A stretch of 64,000 nucleotides of DNA from Deltaproteobacteria bacterium. Its GTDB lineage: Bacteria > JAGRBM01 > JAHCIT01. Of this stretch, positions 39,851 through 50,518 are shown piece by piece. How positions within the stretch are numbered: the first letter of the stretch is position 1; the number at the start of each line of letters is the position of its first letter. The DNA lies in the NCBI GenBank assembly GCA_026129095.1, contig JAHCIT010000003.1:1-64000 (forward strand), read 5' to 3'. The translations under genes and the position numbers were made by a program. Below the pieces are notes generated by a model, which worked only from the letters and a program-made list of their open reading frames with translations, searched no databases and was not told where the DNA came from.

Positions 39851-41950
39851 ATGCCACGCGGACCGGTACAGGATTTGTCAGGGCAGTGGACGCTGGAGGC
39901 GGGCGGCCGCCGTGGCGTTGCGGAAGTGCCGGGTCACTGGCAGATGTCGCCAGGATTCGAGACCCACACCGGCGTCGCCGTATATAGCCGCCAGATACGG
40001 ATGCCGCCCCGGCGAGAGGGCGAGCGCCGTTTTATCGTGGTTCGTGGCGCGTTCTACTACATCAAAGTGACCTTCGCGGGGGCCGTGCTGGGCACGGCGG
40101 AAGGCTACTTCATGCCCCATGCGTTTGAACTGCCTGATGGGGTAGACGAGGGCGAACTGCGGATCGAACTCAACTGTCCGGTTGAACGGGACAAGAACGC
40201 CAAGCGGATGATCACGGGGGTCTTTTCCCACTGGGATTGTCTGGACCCGGACAAGAATGCTGGCGGCCTGTGGCTTCCGGTGGAAATCCACCGCACCGGA
40301 ATCGTCCGTATCCGGAATGCGACGGTCCTGACTCATTCCATTGATCCGGAGAAGGGCGAAGCAGAGGTCGAGCTGCTCTGGGAACTGGATTCGATCCTGA
40401 TGGGGGCAGGGCGGATCGAGGCAGTATTGACGCCAGAGGGGTTTGCCGGTGATCCGGTCCGGATCGAAGCGGTTGTCGCCCTGCCTGCCGGACGAGACAT
40501 CGGATCGTCAGGACGGGTGAAGGTCACGGGCATTCATCCCTGGTGGACCCGTGAGATCGGCGAGCCCCGCTGCTACCGGGCGGCGGTCACGATCCATTAC
40601 GAGGGGACGGTTTCCGACCGGGTGGAGTTCACCACCGGATTCCGCACGTTCCGGTTCGACAACTTTATCGCATACCTGAACGGACGGAGGTTCTTCGTCC
40701 GGGGTTCCAACTATCCGCCCGGCGATGTGCGCATCAGCCGGATGAACCGGAAACGGTGCGAGCGGGATATCGAACTGGCGCTCCAGTGCAACTTCAACAT
40801 GCTGCGTGTCCATGCGCATGTGGACCACCCGGAGCTGTACGAGGCCGCCGACCGGGCGGGGCTGCTCATCTGGCAGGACATGCCGCTCCAGTGGCTCTAT
40901 GTGCCGGAGGCAGCACCTGAGATCGTTCGCCAGTCGGAGGAGATGGTCCGGCTCCTGGGCTCCCATCCGTCGGTCTCCGTCTGGTGCATGCACAACGAGC
41001 CCATCCATATCGTCGATACCAAGGAAACCCGCTGGACGGAACTGGGCAAGACCGTCTTTTCCCTCATGGTATTTTCGCGCAACCGCGAAGTCACCGCCAG
41101 CCGGAGCCGGCGGCATGTGCGGGAACTGGACCCAACACACCCTGTCGTGCGCAGTTCCGGGGAGATGACGCCGTTTTCTGGCGGCGAGGACGTCCATCTT
41201 TACTGGGGCTGGTATCCGTTTTTCGGCCGGAACATGCGCGGCCTGGAGCGTTTGCTGAACCTCATGCCCCGTTATGCCCGGTTCATCACGGAGTTCGGCG
41301 CGCAGTCCACTCCGGAGCCAGAACATGCCCGCACGTTCATGGGCGATGATATCCGCAAGGTGGACTGGAAACGGATGGAGCGGAACTTCCACCTTCAGGA
41401 CGAATTCCTGCGGTGCTGGCTAAAGCCGGAAGCATTTGAATCGTTCGAGGCGCTCTACGAGGCGAGCTGCGCCTGGCAGTCCTGGGTTCACCGCTATTAC
41501 ATTGACCGCTACCGCCGCCGGAAATATCACCCGGCTGGTGGCATTCTCCAATTCATGTTCCTGGACTCGGAACCCTGCATCCAGTGGACCGTGGTGGATG
41601 ATCGCCGGGTGCCGAAGCTGAGCTACTACAGGCTCGCTGATGCCTTCCGGCCCACCTATTTTTTTGCGCTGGCGGAGCAGGACTACCGGAAGGGGCGGGG
41701 GAGGATCCCGCTTTTCTGGGTGAACGACCGTCCGCAGCCGGTGGAAGGTCAACTCTCGGCCGTGCTGACGGGGCCGTCCGGCGAGGTAAGCCGCATACTG
41801 GACCGGAAACTGACGCTCCCGGCCGATTCCGAATGCGAATGGCTGCTTGATGTTCCGGTGCCGGGTGCCCCCGGCATGCATACGCTGACGCTCACGCTGG
41901 ATGACGGACATGGCCGGCTCGAAAATGTCTACAGCTTCGAGGTCAAATGA
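39851..41950 (+). CDS. Glycoside hydrolase family 2 (beta-mannosidase-like), no signal peptide
   Basis: RGSNY, NMLRVHAHV, YEAADRAGLLIWQD, acid/base WCMHNEP, nucleophile ITEFGAQ. Confidence 0.85.
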   Translation: MPRGPVQDLSGQWTLEAGGRRGVAEVPGHWQMSPGFETHTGVAVYSRQIRMPPRREGERRFIVVRGAFYYIKVTFAGAVLGTAEGYFMPHAFELPDGVDEGELRIELNCPVERDKNAKRMITGVFSHWDCLDPDKNAGGLWLPVEIHRTGIVRIRNATVLTHSIDPEKGEAEVELLWELDSILMGAGRIEAVLTPEGFAGDPVRIEAVVALPAGRDIGSSGRVKVTGIHPWWTREIGEPRCYRAAVTIHYEGTVSDRVEFTTGFRTFRFDNFIAYLNGRRFFVRGSNYPPGDVRISRMNRKRCERDIELALQCNFNMLRVHAHVDHPELYEAADRAGLLIWQDMPLQWLYVPEAAPEIVRQSEEMVRLLGSHPSVSVWCMHNEPIHIVDTKETRWTELGKTVFSLMVFSRNREVTASRSRRHVRELDPTHPVVRSSGEMTPFSGGEDVHLYWGWYPFFGRNMRGLERLLNLMPRYARFITEFGAQSTPEPEHARTFMGDDIRKVDWKRMERNFHLQDEFLRCWLKPEAFESFEALYEASCAWQSWVHRYYIDRYRRRKYHPAGGILQFMFLDSEPCIQWTVVDDRRVPKLSYYRLADAFRPTYFFALAEQDYRKGRGRIPLFWVNDRPQPVEGQLSAVLTGPSGEVSRILDRKLTLPADSECEWLLDVPVPGAPGMHTLTLTLDDGHGRLENVYSFEVK

Positions 41951-43539
41951 GCTCCCGGGTGATTGCGCTGTGCATGCTGGCAGCGGCGTGGATGTCCGTC
42001 GCCTGCACACCCGCCCGTGATCCGCATACGCTGATTGTCAATATCGGCACCGAACCGCCGTCGCTCGATCCGGCGCGGGCGACGGATCATGTATCGTTCA
42101 ATGTCATTGCGAACCTGCTGGCAGGGCTCGTGGAGTATGGTCCAGACTATTCACCCGAACCGGCGATCGCCGAACGGTGGGATATCCTCGACGGCGGCCG
42201 GTTGTACCGCTTTCACCTGAGGGAAGACGTGCGCTGGTCGGACGGCATCCCGCTGACGGCCCATGACTTCGAGTATTCCTGGCGTCGGGTTCTCGATCCG
42301 GATACCGCTTCTGACTATGCCTATCTGCTCTATGACATCGAAAACGCCCGTGAGCTGAACCAGCGGGAAATGGCCGGGATGGAAAAACTGGGAGTCCGGG
42401 CCGTCGATGACCGGACCTTCGAGGTCCGGCTCCGGAACCCCGTGGCCTACTTCCTTGCCATCTGCGCCTTTGAAATTACCTGGCCTGTCCGCCGCGACGT
42501 GGTGGACCGGGGGCCGGGATGGACGGAAGCGGGGCGATGGGTCTCCAGCGGTCCGTACCTGCTGAAGGAGTGGAGGCACGACTCCCATCTGGTGCTGGAG
42601 GCAAACCCCCACTATTTCGCCGGCGAGGCGCCCGTGAAGCGCGTGCGGCTGATCATGGTCAATGATCCGACGGCCGGGCTGGCCCTGTTCGACCGGGGCA
42701 TGCTCGATATCATCGACAACTACTCGCTGGCCGGAATCGACGTGCGGGAGATGTCACGTCATCCGAACTACCGCCGGGTGCCGCAGCTCCGGGGCTACTA
42801 CTACGGGTTCAACACCACGCGTCCACCGGTTGACGATGTGCGTGTCCGCCGGGCCATCGGACATGCCATTGACCGGACTGTATTTGACCGGGTGCTTCTT
42901 TCCGGGGAACGGGGTGCCACAGGCTGGATCCCGCCCGGCATGTTCGCTCATAACCCGGCCGCGGGTCTTCATTATGATCCGGAACGGGCACGGGCACTTC
43001 TCGCCGAGGCCGGATATCCCGGCGGCAAGGGGATGCCGCCCATCGAACTCCATTTCAATAACAGCGACCTCCATCTGCTGGTAGCGCAGGTGGTACAGGC
43101 GGTTCTCAGGCGCGAACTGAACATTCAGGTACAACTCCGGGCCGTCGAATGGAAAGTCTACCTGAACGAACTCCGCGAAGACCCGCCCGCCATGTACCGG
43201 ATGGGGTGGGGCGCGGACTATCCGGATCCCGACAATTTCATGAACCTCTTTACCGCCGCATCCGGCAACAACTTCACCCGTTGGGGTGATGCCGGATTCG
43301 ACCAGCTGATCGCCGAGGCGTCCATGAACCCCGACCCGGAGAGCCGCCGCGCCCATTACGACCGCTTGCAGGAGATACTGCTGGTGGAGGCGGCTGCGAT
43401 TATCCCGCTGTTCGTTACGTCTGAGAACACGGTCTTTGCCGATGGGGTCGAGGGGTTCAGCTACGACGGCTTTGCCCGCCTGAAACTGTTCCCTGTCCGG
43501 TTTGGCCCCGGCCGGAAAGCGGGAGGACGTATCCGGTGA
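41947..43539 (+). CDS. oppA: Oligopeptide-type ABC transporter substrate-binding lipoprotein
   Basis: Lipobox SVA-C, EPPSLDP, YRFHLR...WSDG...TAHDFEYSWRR, GWGADYPDPDNF. Confidence 0.88.
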   Translation: MSSRVIALCMLAAAWMSVACTPARDPHTLIVNIGTEPPSLDPARATDHVSFNVIANLLAGLVEYGPDYSPEPAIAERWDILDGGRLYRFHLREDVRWSDGIPLTAHDFEYSWRRVLDPDTASDYAYLLYDIENARELNQREMAGMEKLGVRAVDDRTFEVRLRNPVAYFLAICAFEITWPVRRDVVDRGPGWTEAGRWVSSGPYLLKEWRHDSHLVLEANPHYFAGEAPVKRVRLIMVNDPTAGLALFDRGMLDIIDNYSLAGIDVREMSRHPNYRRVPQLRGYYYGFNTTRPPVDDVRVRRAIGHAIDRTVFDRVLLSGERGATGWIPPGMFAHNPAAGLHYDPERARALLAEAGYPGGKGMPPIELHFNNSDLHLLVAQVVQAVLRRELNIQVQLRAVEWKVYLNELREDPPAMYRMGWGADYPDPDNFMNLFTAASGNNFTRWGDAGFDQLIAEASMNPDPESRRAHYDRLQEILLVEAAAIIPLFVTSENTVFADGVEGFSYDGFARLKLFPVRFGPGRKAGGRIR

Positions 43540-44483
43540 GACAGGTCGCACTTCGCCGCCTTCTTTTCCTGCCATTGCAGCTGCTCGCGGTGGCGAGCGT
43601 CTGCTTTTTCCTGCTCCGTGCGGCGCCGGGAAACCCCTTTGAAGGAGAACGAAAGCTCCCCGAAGCCGTCCTGAAGAACCTGGAGGAACGCTACCACCTG
43701 TCCGGTCCCTGGTACGAGCAGTGGTGGGCTTTCGTGGGCGGGACGCTCACGTTCGATTTCGGCGTTTCGCTCAAATACCGCGACCGGCCGGTCCGTTCGA
43801 TCATCGCCGAGGCCGCGCCAGTGTCATTTGCCCTGGGTTCCCTCGCCTTCGTGTTCGGGCTTGGGCTGGCGGTTGTGGCCGGGGTTGCCGGGGCGGCGCT
43901 GTCGGCGGACGTGCGCCTGAAGTTCGTGGACCGTCTGGTGATGACCAAGGCGTCGCTGCTCATTGCCGCGCCGAAATTCCTGCTGGGCGGACTTCTGGTT
44001 TATCTCTTTTCATTCAGGCTCCGGTGGCTGCCGCCCGCCCAGTGGGGGGATATTTCCCAGGTGATCCTGCCGGTGCTGACGCTCGCGCTCCCGGTGGCCG
44101 GGAGCCTGACGCTCCTCATCCGCAACTCCATGCTGGAAGTCCTGCAGAGCCGGTATGTCCAAACCGGCAGGGCCAAGGGGCTGGGCCAGTTGCGGCTGGT
44201 TGCCCTGCACGCGCTGCCGAACGCCATGCATGGTGTCCTGTCCTATCTGGGGCCGGTGTTTGCCACGCTGCTGACGGGCAGTTTCGTCGTGGAAAAGATA
44301 TTCGCCGTGCCGGGTATGGGCTGGCAGTTCGTCGCCTCGGTGATGGACCGGGACTACACCACGGTGCTCGGAGCGAGCGTCTTTTTTGCCGCGGTTCTGG
44401 TTCTGGCAAACCTCGTCGCCGACCTCGCAGCCGCCTGGATAGACCCCCGTTCGGGCGAGATTCCGGGGGAGGACGTGGCATGA
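43536..44483 (+). CDS. oppB: ABC transporter permease, OppB-like
   Basis: APGNPF, DFGVS, RAKGL, GSFVVEKIFAVPGMG, DRDY. Confidence 0.88.
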   Translation: MRQVALRRLLFLPLQLLAVASVCFFLLRAAPGNPFEGERKLPEAVLKNLEERYHLSGPWYEQWWAFVGGTLTFDFGVSLKYRDRPVRSIIAEAAPVSFALGSLAFVFGLGLAVVAGVAGAALSADVRLKFVDRLVMTKASLLIAAPKFLLGGLLVYLFSFRLRWLPPAQWGDISQVILPVLTLALPVAGSLTLLIRNSMLEVLQSRYVQTGRAKGLGQLRLVALHALPNAMHGVLSYLGPVFATLLTGSFVVEKIFAVPGMGWQFVASVMDRDYTTVLGASVFFAAVLVLANLVADLAAAWIDPRSGEIPGEDVA

Positions 44484-45289
44484 AAGGCTGGCTCACCGCG
44501 GCAGGGGTCATTTTCGTGGCGGGACTGCTCGCGCCCCTGATCGCGCCGCATCCGCCGTCCGGGCTGTTCGAGGAGCGGGTCCTGCTGAGTCCCGGCCCGG
44601 CGCACTGGATGGGTACCGATGAACTGGGCCGCGACCTCCTGAGCCGTGTCGTCTATGGAGCACGGGTATCGATCGCCGTGGGGCTGATCGGCGCGGCGAC
44701 GACCCTTTTGCTGGGCGGGCTTGCCGGAATCCTGGCGGGACTTGCGGGTCGTGATGCTTCGGAGTGGTCGCTCCGGGGGATTGATCTCTTTATCTCAATC
44801 CCCGAACTTCTCATTGTCGTCCTGCTGGCCCAGATTCTCGGCAGCAGTGTCTGGGGCGTCGGCGCTGCCATCGGCCTTGTTAGCTGGCCCAAGGTGGCGC
44901 GGCTCTTTCATGGAGAAACGCGCAAGCTCCGGCACGAGGCGTTCGTCGAATCTGCGCGGGTGGCGGGTGCCGGCACGGCGCGAGTGGTATTCCGCCACCT
45001 GTTGCCGAATCTGCGCTCGACGGCCATTGTCGTTTTCTCGCTTCTGGTCGCATCCAGCATGCTCACCGAGAGCGTCCTGTCGTTCATCGGGCTTGGCATC
45101 AATGACCCGTTCGACCCTTGGGGAACCAGCTGGGGGACGCTCGCCTCGGCCGGATGGAGGGCCATCCGGGGCTACCCGCACCTGTTCTTTTTCCCCTCGG
45201 CGGCGGTGGCCCTGACAGTCTTTGTGATGAACTCCCTTGGGGAGTCCTTCCGGCGCCACCTGGAGCACCGGGAGCGGCGTGTGGGATAG
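44480..45289 (+). CDS. oppC: ABC transporter permease, OppC-like; ATG overlaps the oppB stop
   Basis: HWMGTDELGRDLLSRVVYGARVS, FVESAR..GA, RHLLPN, ESVLSFIGLG. Confidence 0.88.
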   Translation: MKGWLTAAGVIFVAGLLAPLIAPHPPSGLFEERVLLSPGPAHWMGTDELGRDLLSRVVYGARVSIAVGLIGAATTLLLGGLAGILAGLAGRDASEWSLRGIDLFISIPELLIVVLLAQILGSSVWGVGAAIGLVSWPKVARLFHGETRKLRHEAFVESARVAGAGTARVVFRHLLPNLRSTAIVVFSLLVASSMLTESVLSFIGLGINDPFDPWGTSWGTLASAGWRAIRGYPHLFFFPSAAVALTVFVMNSLGESFRRHLEHRERRVG

Positions 45290-45302
45290 GCCCGGTGTCC
45301 CC

Positions 45303-45330
45303 TTGACTTAGCCCGTCAAAACCCTATCTT
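45303..45330 (+). promoter_or_regulatory. Putative sigma70 promoter of rpoZ-htrA
   Basis: TTGACT-N16-TATCTT. Confidence 0.45.
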
Positions 45331-45385
45331 AGCGGCCCGTCACGGGGTATCTGGCCCTTCGGATGGCGGCAAAGGATAGGATCGT

Positions 45386-45595
45386 ATGGCGCGCGTAACT
45401 GTCGAAGATTGCATCGAAAAAGTCCCTAACCGGTTCGAGCTGGTCAAGCTCGCCTCCCGCCGCACGAAGGATCTCCTCCGGGGCAGCGATTCGGCTGTCG
45501 TGAATGACGACAACAACAAGGAAGTCGTGCTGGCGCTCCGCGAGATCGCCGCTGGCTGCGTAAGCATCAAGCGCGAGGGCCCCGAGGGCCAGTAA
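45386..45595 (+). CDS. rpoZ: RNA polymerase omega subunit
   Basis: [21 protein letters not shown]. Confidence 0.95.
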   Translation: MARVTVEDCIEKVPNRFELVKLASRRTKDLLRGSDSAVVNDDNNKEVVLALREIAAGCVSIKREGPEGQ

Positions 45596-45610
45596 CCATC
45601 TGCGGTTCGC

Positions 45611-46981
45611 GTGAAGTCCCCGGTCATTGCCAAAGGCGCCGCCATTATGGTGGCGCTTTGTGCTTTTTTACTGTCTGTTGCCCGGGCTGATGACGATGCC
45701 CGCCGCCAGTCACGGGAAACATCCGTCGTCAGGGTGTTCCGGCAGGCGTCACCGGCGGTGGTGAACATCCGGGTCCGCGGCGAGCGGATCGAGCGCGACC
45801 CGTTTTTTTCGAGCCCGTTCGGTTCGCTGTTTCCCGAGTTCGGCGGTTTCGGTTTCCGCCGGGAGTTCCAGAGCCTGGGAACCGGGTTCGTGATTGATGG
45901 CCGGGGTCACCTGCTGACCAATGCCCATGTGGTCGAGCGTGCCACCCAGATCGTGGTGAAACTGTCCGATGACCGGGAGTTCCCGGCTGAGCTGGTAGGG
46001 GCCGATTCGGACCGCGATCTTGCCGTTCTCAAGATTGACGCCCCGGTGCAGCTTCCCGCCGTAACGCTGGGCCGGGCCGATGACCTGATGATCGGCGAGA
46101 CAGTCATAGCCATCGGCAATCCTTTCGGCCTCTCGCACACGCTTTCGACGGGTGTCCTGTCGGCCGTGGGCCGGACCATCCAGGCGCGGGACAAGTCTTT
46201 CTACAATTTTCTTCAGACTGACGCACCGATCAATCCGGGCAATTCGGGCGGACCTCTGCTCAACATCCTGGGTGAGGTGATCGGCGTCAACACGGCGGTT
46301 CATGGCGAGGCCCAGGGTATTGGCTTTGCCATACCGATTGATGATGCCCGCCGGGTATTCGATGATCTGATCGCATTCGGCCAGGTGATCGAACCGTGGA
46401 TTGGCCTCCAGATGCAGGAGCTCACGCCTGAACTGGCCGAGGCTCTCGGCCATGACGGACGAGGGGCCATTGTCGTGGACGTGGTGAAGGGTTCCCCGGC
46501 GGAAGCAGCCGGTTTCCGTTCCCGGGATATCCTGGTTTCTCTGGCGGGGAAACCGGTCCGGAATCTCAATGACTACACGGCCATCATGCGTTCGCTGACC
46601 GGTGGGCAGGTGGCGCCCGTCAGGATCGTGCGCGAGGGTAAACCCGCTGATATCCGCCTGAAGCCGGTCGTGATGACCCTCGCGGAAGCGGGACGCGTAT
46701 TTGCCGAGCGCACGGGGCTGGTGGTGGAGGATATTCCGGCGGCTCTCCGCCGCCGGAACCCGAAACTGGCCGGGGTTTCAGTCAGATCCGTCGCACGGGG
46801 GTCTCCGGCCGAGCGCATCGGTTTCCAGCCGGGAGATATTGTTTTCCGCATCAATAACCGCTCCGTTCCTGACCTGAAAGGTCTCCAGGAACTGCTCCGG
46901 GGCTCCTTGAACCGCAGTTCCGTCTACGTCCACGGGGCCCGTGGAAACCAGCTTTTCGGTGTGGTCTTGCCGCTGGGATAA
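45611..46981 (+). CDS. htrA: HtrA/DegP family periplasmic serine protease with two PDZ domains
   Basis: Signal peptide, LTNAHVV, DLAVLKI, QTDAPINPGNSGGPL, two GSPAE PDZ motifs. Confidence 0.92.
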   Translation: MKSPVIAKGAAIMVALCAFLLSVARADDDARRQSRETSVVRVFRQASPAVVNIRVRGERIERDPFFSSPFGSLFPEFGGFGFRREFQSLGTGFVIDGRGHLLTNAHVVERATQIVVKLSDDREFPAELVGADSDRDLAVLKIDAPVQLPAVTLGRADDLMIGETVIAIGNPFGLSHTLSTGVLSAVGRTIQARDKSFYNFLQTDAPINPGNSGGPLLNILGEVIGVNTAVHGEAQGIGFAIPIDDARRVFDDLIAFGQVIEPWIGLQMQELTPELAEALGHDGRGAIVVDVVKGSPAEAAGFRSRDILVSLAGKPVRNLNDYTAIMRSLTGGQVAPVRIVREGKPADIRLKPVVMTLAEAGRVFAERTGLVVEDIPAALRRRNPKLAGVSVRSVARGSPAERIGFQPGDIVFRINNRSVPDLKGLQELLRGSLNRSSVYVHGARGNQLFGVVLPLG

Positions 46982-47083
46982 TCAGCCTTACGTTTCACTT
47001 ACGGATCGTCCCGAAAGGGGAGGGTTGACCAACGTCATCCCGCCAGGGGGCTGATCTGGATAGAAATACGCGAGAGGTTCTCC

Positions 47084-49702
47084 ATGCGCCCGGAAAAGCT
47101 GACCGTAAAGGCCCAGGAAGCCCTGAACGAGGCCGCCAATCAGGCGCGCCGGGCGGGTAATCCCGACCTGCTTCCCGAGCACGTCCTGAAAGTGCTGATC
47201 GAGCAGGCGGACGGTATTGTGCCGCCGCTTCTCGAAAGGATCGGCGTCCGGCCGGGTGCTATCCAGAACGACCTTCAGGCGGTTCTGGGCAGGCTCCCGA
47301 AAGCAGAGGGCGGGGCTTCTCCACACCTGTCGCCAAAGCTGCAGAAAGTGATCGACAAGGCCGAGGACGCGGCCACTGCCGGGAAGGACGAATACGTCTC
47401 GACCGAGCACCTCGTTCTCGGCATGGCTCTTGAAAAGGGGCATGGTGCCTATGACGTGCTGGCTGCCCACGGGGTGACGCCCGACCGGATCCGCGATGCG
47501 ATCAAGTCCCTTCGTGGCAGCAATCGTGTTGTGGACCAGAATCCCGAGGCAACGTTCCAGGCGCTTGCGAAATACGGCCGTGACCTGACCGAGATTGCAC
47601 GCCGTGGGAAACTGGACCCGGTGATCGGCCGGGACGAGGAAATCCGCCGGGTGATCCAGGTGCTGTCGCGCCGGACGAAGAACAACCCGGTGCTGATCGG
47701 CGAGCCGGGTGTCGGCAAGACGGCCATTGTTGAAGGGCTCGCCCAGCGCATCGTGACCGGGGACGTTCCCGAAGGACTCAAGGACAAGAAGCTGATAGCG
47801 CTCGATCTGGGTAGCCTGGTGGCTGGCGCCAAATACCGGGGCGAGTTCGAGGAGCGTCTCAAGGCGGTCCTGAAGGAAATTGCCGACAGCAACGGCGAGA
47901 TCATCTGCTTCATTGACGAAATGCACACCCTCGTTGGGGCCGGATCGGCCGAAGGGTCCATGGATGCCTCGAACATGCTGAAGCCGATGCTCGCCCGCGG
48001 CGAACTGCGCTGCGTGGGCGCGACGACACTGGACGAGTACCGGAAATACATCGAGAAGGACAAGGCACTGGAACGTCGCTTTGCCCCGGTATTCGTCGGC
48101 CAGCCGACGGTGGAGGACACCATCGCCATCCTTCGCGGCCTCAAGGAGAAATACGAGACCCATCACCGGGTCCGGGTGCAGGATTCTGCCATCGTCGCGG
48201 CTGCCCAGCTTTCCAACCGCTACATCACCGACCGCTTTCTGCCGGACAAGGCGATCGACCTGATCGACGAGGCCGCCTCGCGCCTCCGGATCGAGATGGA
48301 TTCGGTGCCCACGGAAATCGACGTGGTGGACCGGAAGCTCATCCAGCTGGAGCTGGAAAAGCAGGCACTCCAGAAGGAAACCGATGAAGCCTCGAAGAAG
48401 CGGCTCGCCGCCCTGGAAAAGGAAATCGGCGAACTGCGCGAGGAAAGCAAGCGCATGCGCGCCCAGTGGGAAAGCGAAAAGTCTGCCATGACGGGCTTTT
48501 CCGAGTTGAAGGAAAAGATCAGCGAACTGGAGATGGAGCTGGAGCGGCGCCAGCGGGCGGGGGACCTTCAGCGGGCTTCCGAGATCAAGTACGGCGAACT
48601 GCCCAAACTGAAACAGCAGCTCGCCGACCGGGACCAGAACATTTCCCAGCAGCAGTCAGCAAAAGGTTCGATGTTCAAGAAGGAAGTGACCGACCAGGAG
48701 GTTGCCGCCGTTGTGGCCCGCTGGACCGGTATTCCTGTGGACAAGATGCTGGAGGGCGAGCGCGACCGCCTTCTCAGGATGGAGGACCGTCTTGGGGAGC
48801 GGGTGATCGGCCAGCGCAAGGCGATCGAGGCGGTATCGAATGCGGTCCGGAGATCCCGTGCGGGGCTCAAGGATCCGAACCGCCCCATCGGATCGTTCAT
48901 TTTCCTGGGTCCGACAGGTGTCGGCAAGACCGAAACGGCGCGGGCTTTGGCGGAGTTCCTGTTCGACACCGAGCAGGCGATGGTCCGGATCGACATGTCG
49001 GAGTACATGGAAAAGTTCTCCGTCCAGCGTCTCATTGGTGCGCCTCCGGGCTATGTGGGCTACGAGGAGGGCGGGCAGCTAACCGAGGCGGTGCGGCGGC
49101 GGCCCTATTCGGTGATCCTGTTCGACGAGATCGAAAAGGCGCACCCTGACGTGTTCAACGTGCTTCTGCAGATTCTGGACGACGGCCGTCTCACCGACGG
49201 TCAGGGCCGGACCGTGGATTTCCGCAACAGCGTGCTCATCATGACCTCCAACGTGGGCTCCAGTTTCATTCTGGAAGCAGCACAGGCCGGTGACATGAAC
49301 TCCGCCGAACAACGCGTCTCGGAGGTGATGAAGGCGACGTTCAAGCCGGAGTTCCTGAACCGGATCGACGAGATCGTCTACTTCAGCGCGCTGGGCCGTG
49401 AGGAAATCGGCCGGATCATCCGGGTGCAGCTCAAATCCCTGGGGGCCCGGCTGGCGGAGCGCGGTGTCACGCTGGAACTGACGGACAAGGCCCGGAATGT
49501 GCTGGCCGAACGCGGCTACGACCCGGCCTATGGTGCCCGGCCGCTGAAGCGCGTCATCCAGCGGGAGATCATTGATCCCCTGGCAGTGAAGATTCTCGCC
49601 GGAGAAATCGGTGAGGGTGCCACCGTGACCGTGGATGCAGGCAGCTCAGGGGAAATGGTTTTCCGGGCCGGGATGGCGGAGCCGAAAGCCAAGGCGGGAT
49701 AA
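47084..49702 (+). CDS. clpB: ATP-dependent disaggregase ClpB
   Basis: Two AAA+ modules ([16 protein letters not shown]), coiled-coil middle domain, [21 protein letters not shown]. Confidence 0.97.
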   Translation: MRPEKLTVKAQEALNEAANQARRAGNPDLLPEHVLKVLIEQADGIVPPLLERIGVRPGAIQNDLQAVLGRLPKAEGGASPHLSPKLQKVIDKAEDAATAGKDEYVSTEHLVLGMALEKGHGAYDVLAAHGVTPDRIRDAIKSLRGSNRVVDQNPEATFQALAKYGRDLTEIARRGKLDPVIGRDEEIRRVIQVLSRRTKNNPVLIGEPGVGKTAIVEGLAQRIVTGDVPEGLKDKKLIALDLGSLVAGAKYRGEFEERLKAVLKEIADSNGEIICFIDEMHTLVGAGSAEGSMDASNMLKPMLARGELRCVGATTLDEYRKYIEKDKALERRFAPVFVGQPTVEDTIAILRGLKEKYETHHRVRVQDSAIVAAAQLSNRYITDRFLPDKAIDLIDEAASRLRIEMDSVPTEIDVVDRKLIQLELEKQALQKETDEASKKRLAALEKEIGELREESKRMRAQWESEKSAMTGFSELKEKISELEMELERRQRAGDLQRASEIKYGELPKLKQQLADRDQNISQQQSAKGSMFKKEVTDQEVAAVVARWTGIPVDKMLEGERDRLLRMEDRLGERVIGQRKAIEAVSNAVRRSRAGLKDPNRPIGSFIFLGPTGVGKTETARALAEFLFDTEQAMVRIDMSEYMEKFSVQRLIGAPPGYVGYEEGGQLTEAVRRRPYSVILFDEIEKAHPDVFNVLLQILDDGRLTDGQGRTVDFRNSVLIMTSNVGSSFILEAAQAGDMNSAEQRVSEVMKATFKPEFLNRIDEIVYFSALGREEIGRIIRVQLKSLGARLAERGVTLELTDKARNVLAERGYDPAYGARPLKRVIQREIIDPLAVKILAGEIGEGATVTVDAGSSGEMVFRAGMAEPKAKAG

Positions 49703-49791
49703 GGGCTATATAAGTCTTCCTCTGCCCCTCCGGGCCATAACGCGGCCGGACTTGACCGGCCCCCAAGGCGGTTCATACGTTGTGCGGACCT

Positions 49792-50496
49792 ATGCCGCCA
49801 GCCAAACCGACCGTCAAAACCAGTCCGAGCACCAGTACCCAGGCTTCCAGGGCCCGTGAGGACCGTTCCAGGTCGGGCAAGGAAGTACGCCGGCAGGCGA
49901 TCATGAACGCGGCCCGGAAGATATTCGCGGCCAAGGGTTTTCATGCGACAAATGTCTCCGACATCGTGAAGGAAGTCGGTATTGCGCAAGGCACCTTTTA
50001 CCTTTACTTCGACGACAAGCGGCACGTCTTTTCGGCGCTGATGGATGAGATGCTGGCCAATTCGGTAAGGCTGCTCACGGTCAAGGAGCCGCAGAGCGAA
50101 TTCCGCACGGTAGAGGACATCGAGCGGGCCATCGAGCGGATGTCCCGCCCGATGGTCAAGTTCTTCGATGAGAACCGCGATCTGGTCAAGATATTCTTCC
50201 GTGAGGCCCACGGATCGGCTCTGGGTTTCGACGAGAAGATTGACCAGTTCTACGACCGGCTGGTGCAGCTCTCGTCGGTCTATTTTGAGGTCGCCCGCAA
50301 GAAGGGGCTCGTTCATGGGGATGTGGACCCCAGTATTGCCGCCATCATGATGATTGGTGGACTGGAAAAACTTCTCTACCGGTGGGCGAACGGCCGGCTG
50401 GAACTGACCTCCGAGGAACTCCTGCATCAGGTATCCATGTTCGGGATGCACGCCCTGTTCCGCACCCGCGCCCTGCCGGCAGGCGGCAAGTCCTGA
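49792..50496 (+). CDS. TetR/AcrR family transcriptional regulator; probable ATG 49792
   Basis: IMNAARKIFAAKGFHATNVSDIVKEVGIAQGTFYLYFDDK helix-turn-helix. Confidence 0.92.
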   Translation: MPPAKPTVKTSPSTSTQASRAREDRSRSGKEVRRQAIMNAARKIFAAKGFHATNVSDIVKEVGIAQGTFYLYFDDKRHVFSALMDEMLANSVRLLTVKEPQSEFRTVEDIERAIERMSRPMVKFFDENRDLVKIFFREAHGSALGFDEKIDQFYDRLVQLSSVYFEVARKKGLVHGDVDPSIAAIMMIGGLEKLLYRWANGRLELTSEELLHQVSMFGMHALFRTRALPAGGKS

Positions 50497-50518
50497 AACA
50501 CCCTGGAATGCTGCTGCC

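Noticed and set aside
43721-44479. N-terminal extension of the 522-aa ORF as an OppC fusion
   Set aside because: It overlaps oppB out of frame. The real start is the ATGA coupling at 44480.
46982-47083. CIRCE or other heat-shock operator before clpB
   Set aside because: No TTAGCACTC-N9-GAGTGCTAA or other convincing motif is visible.
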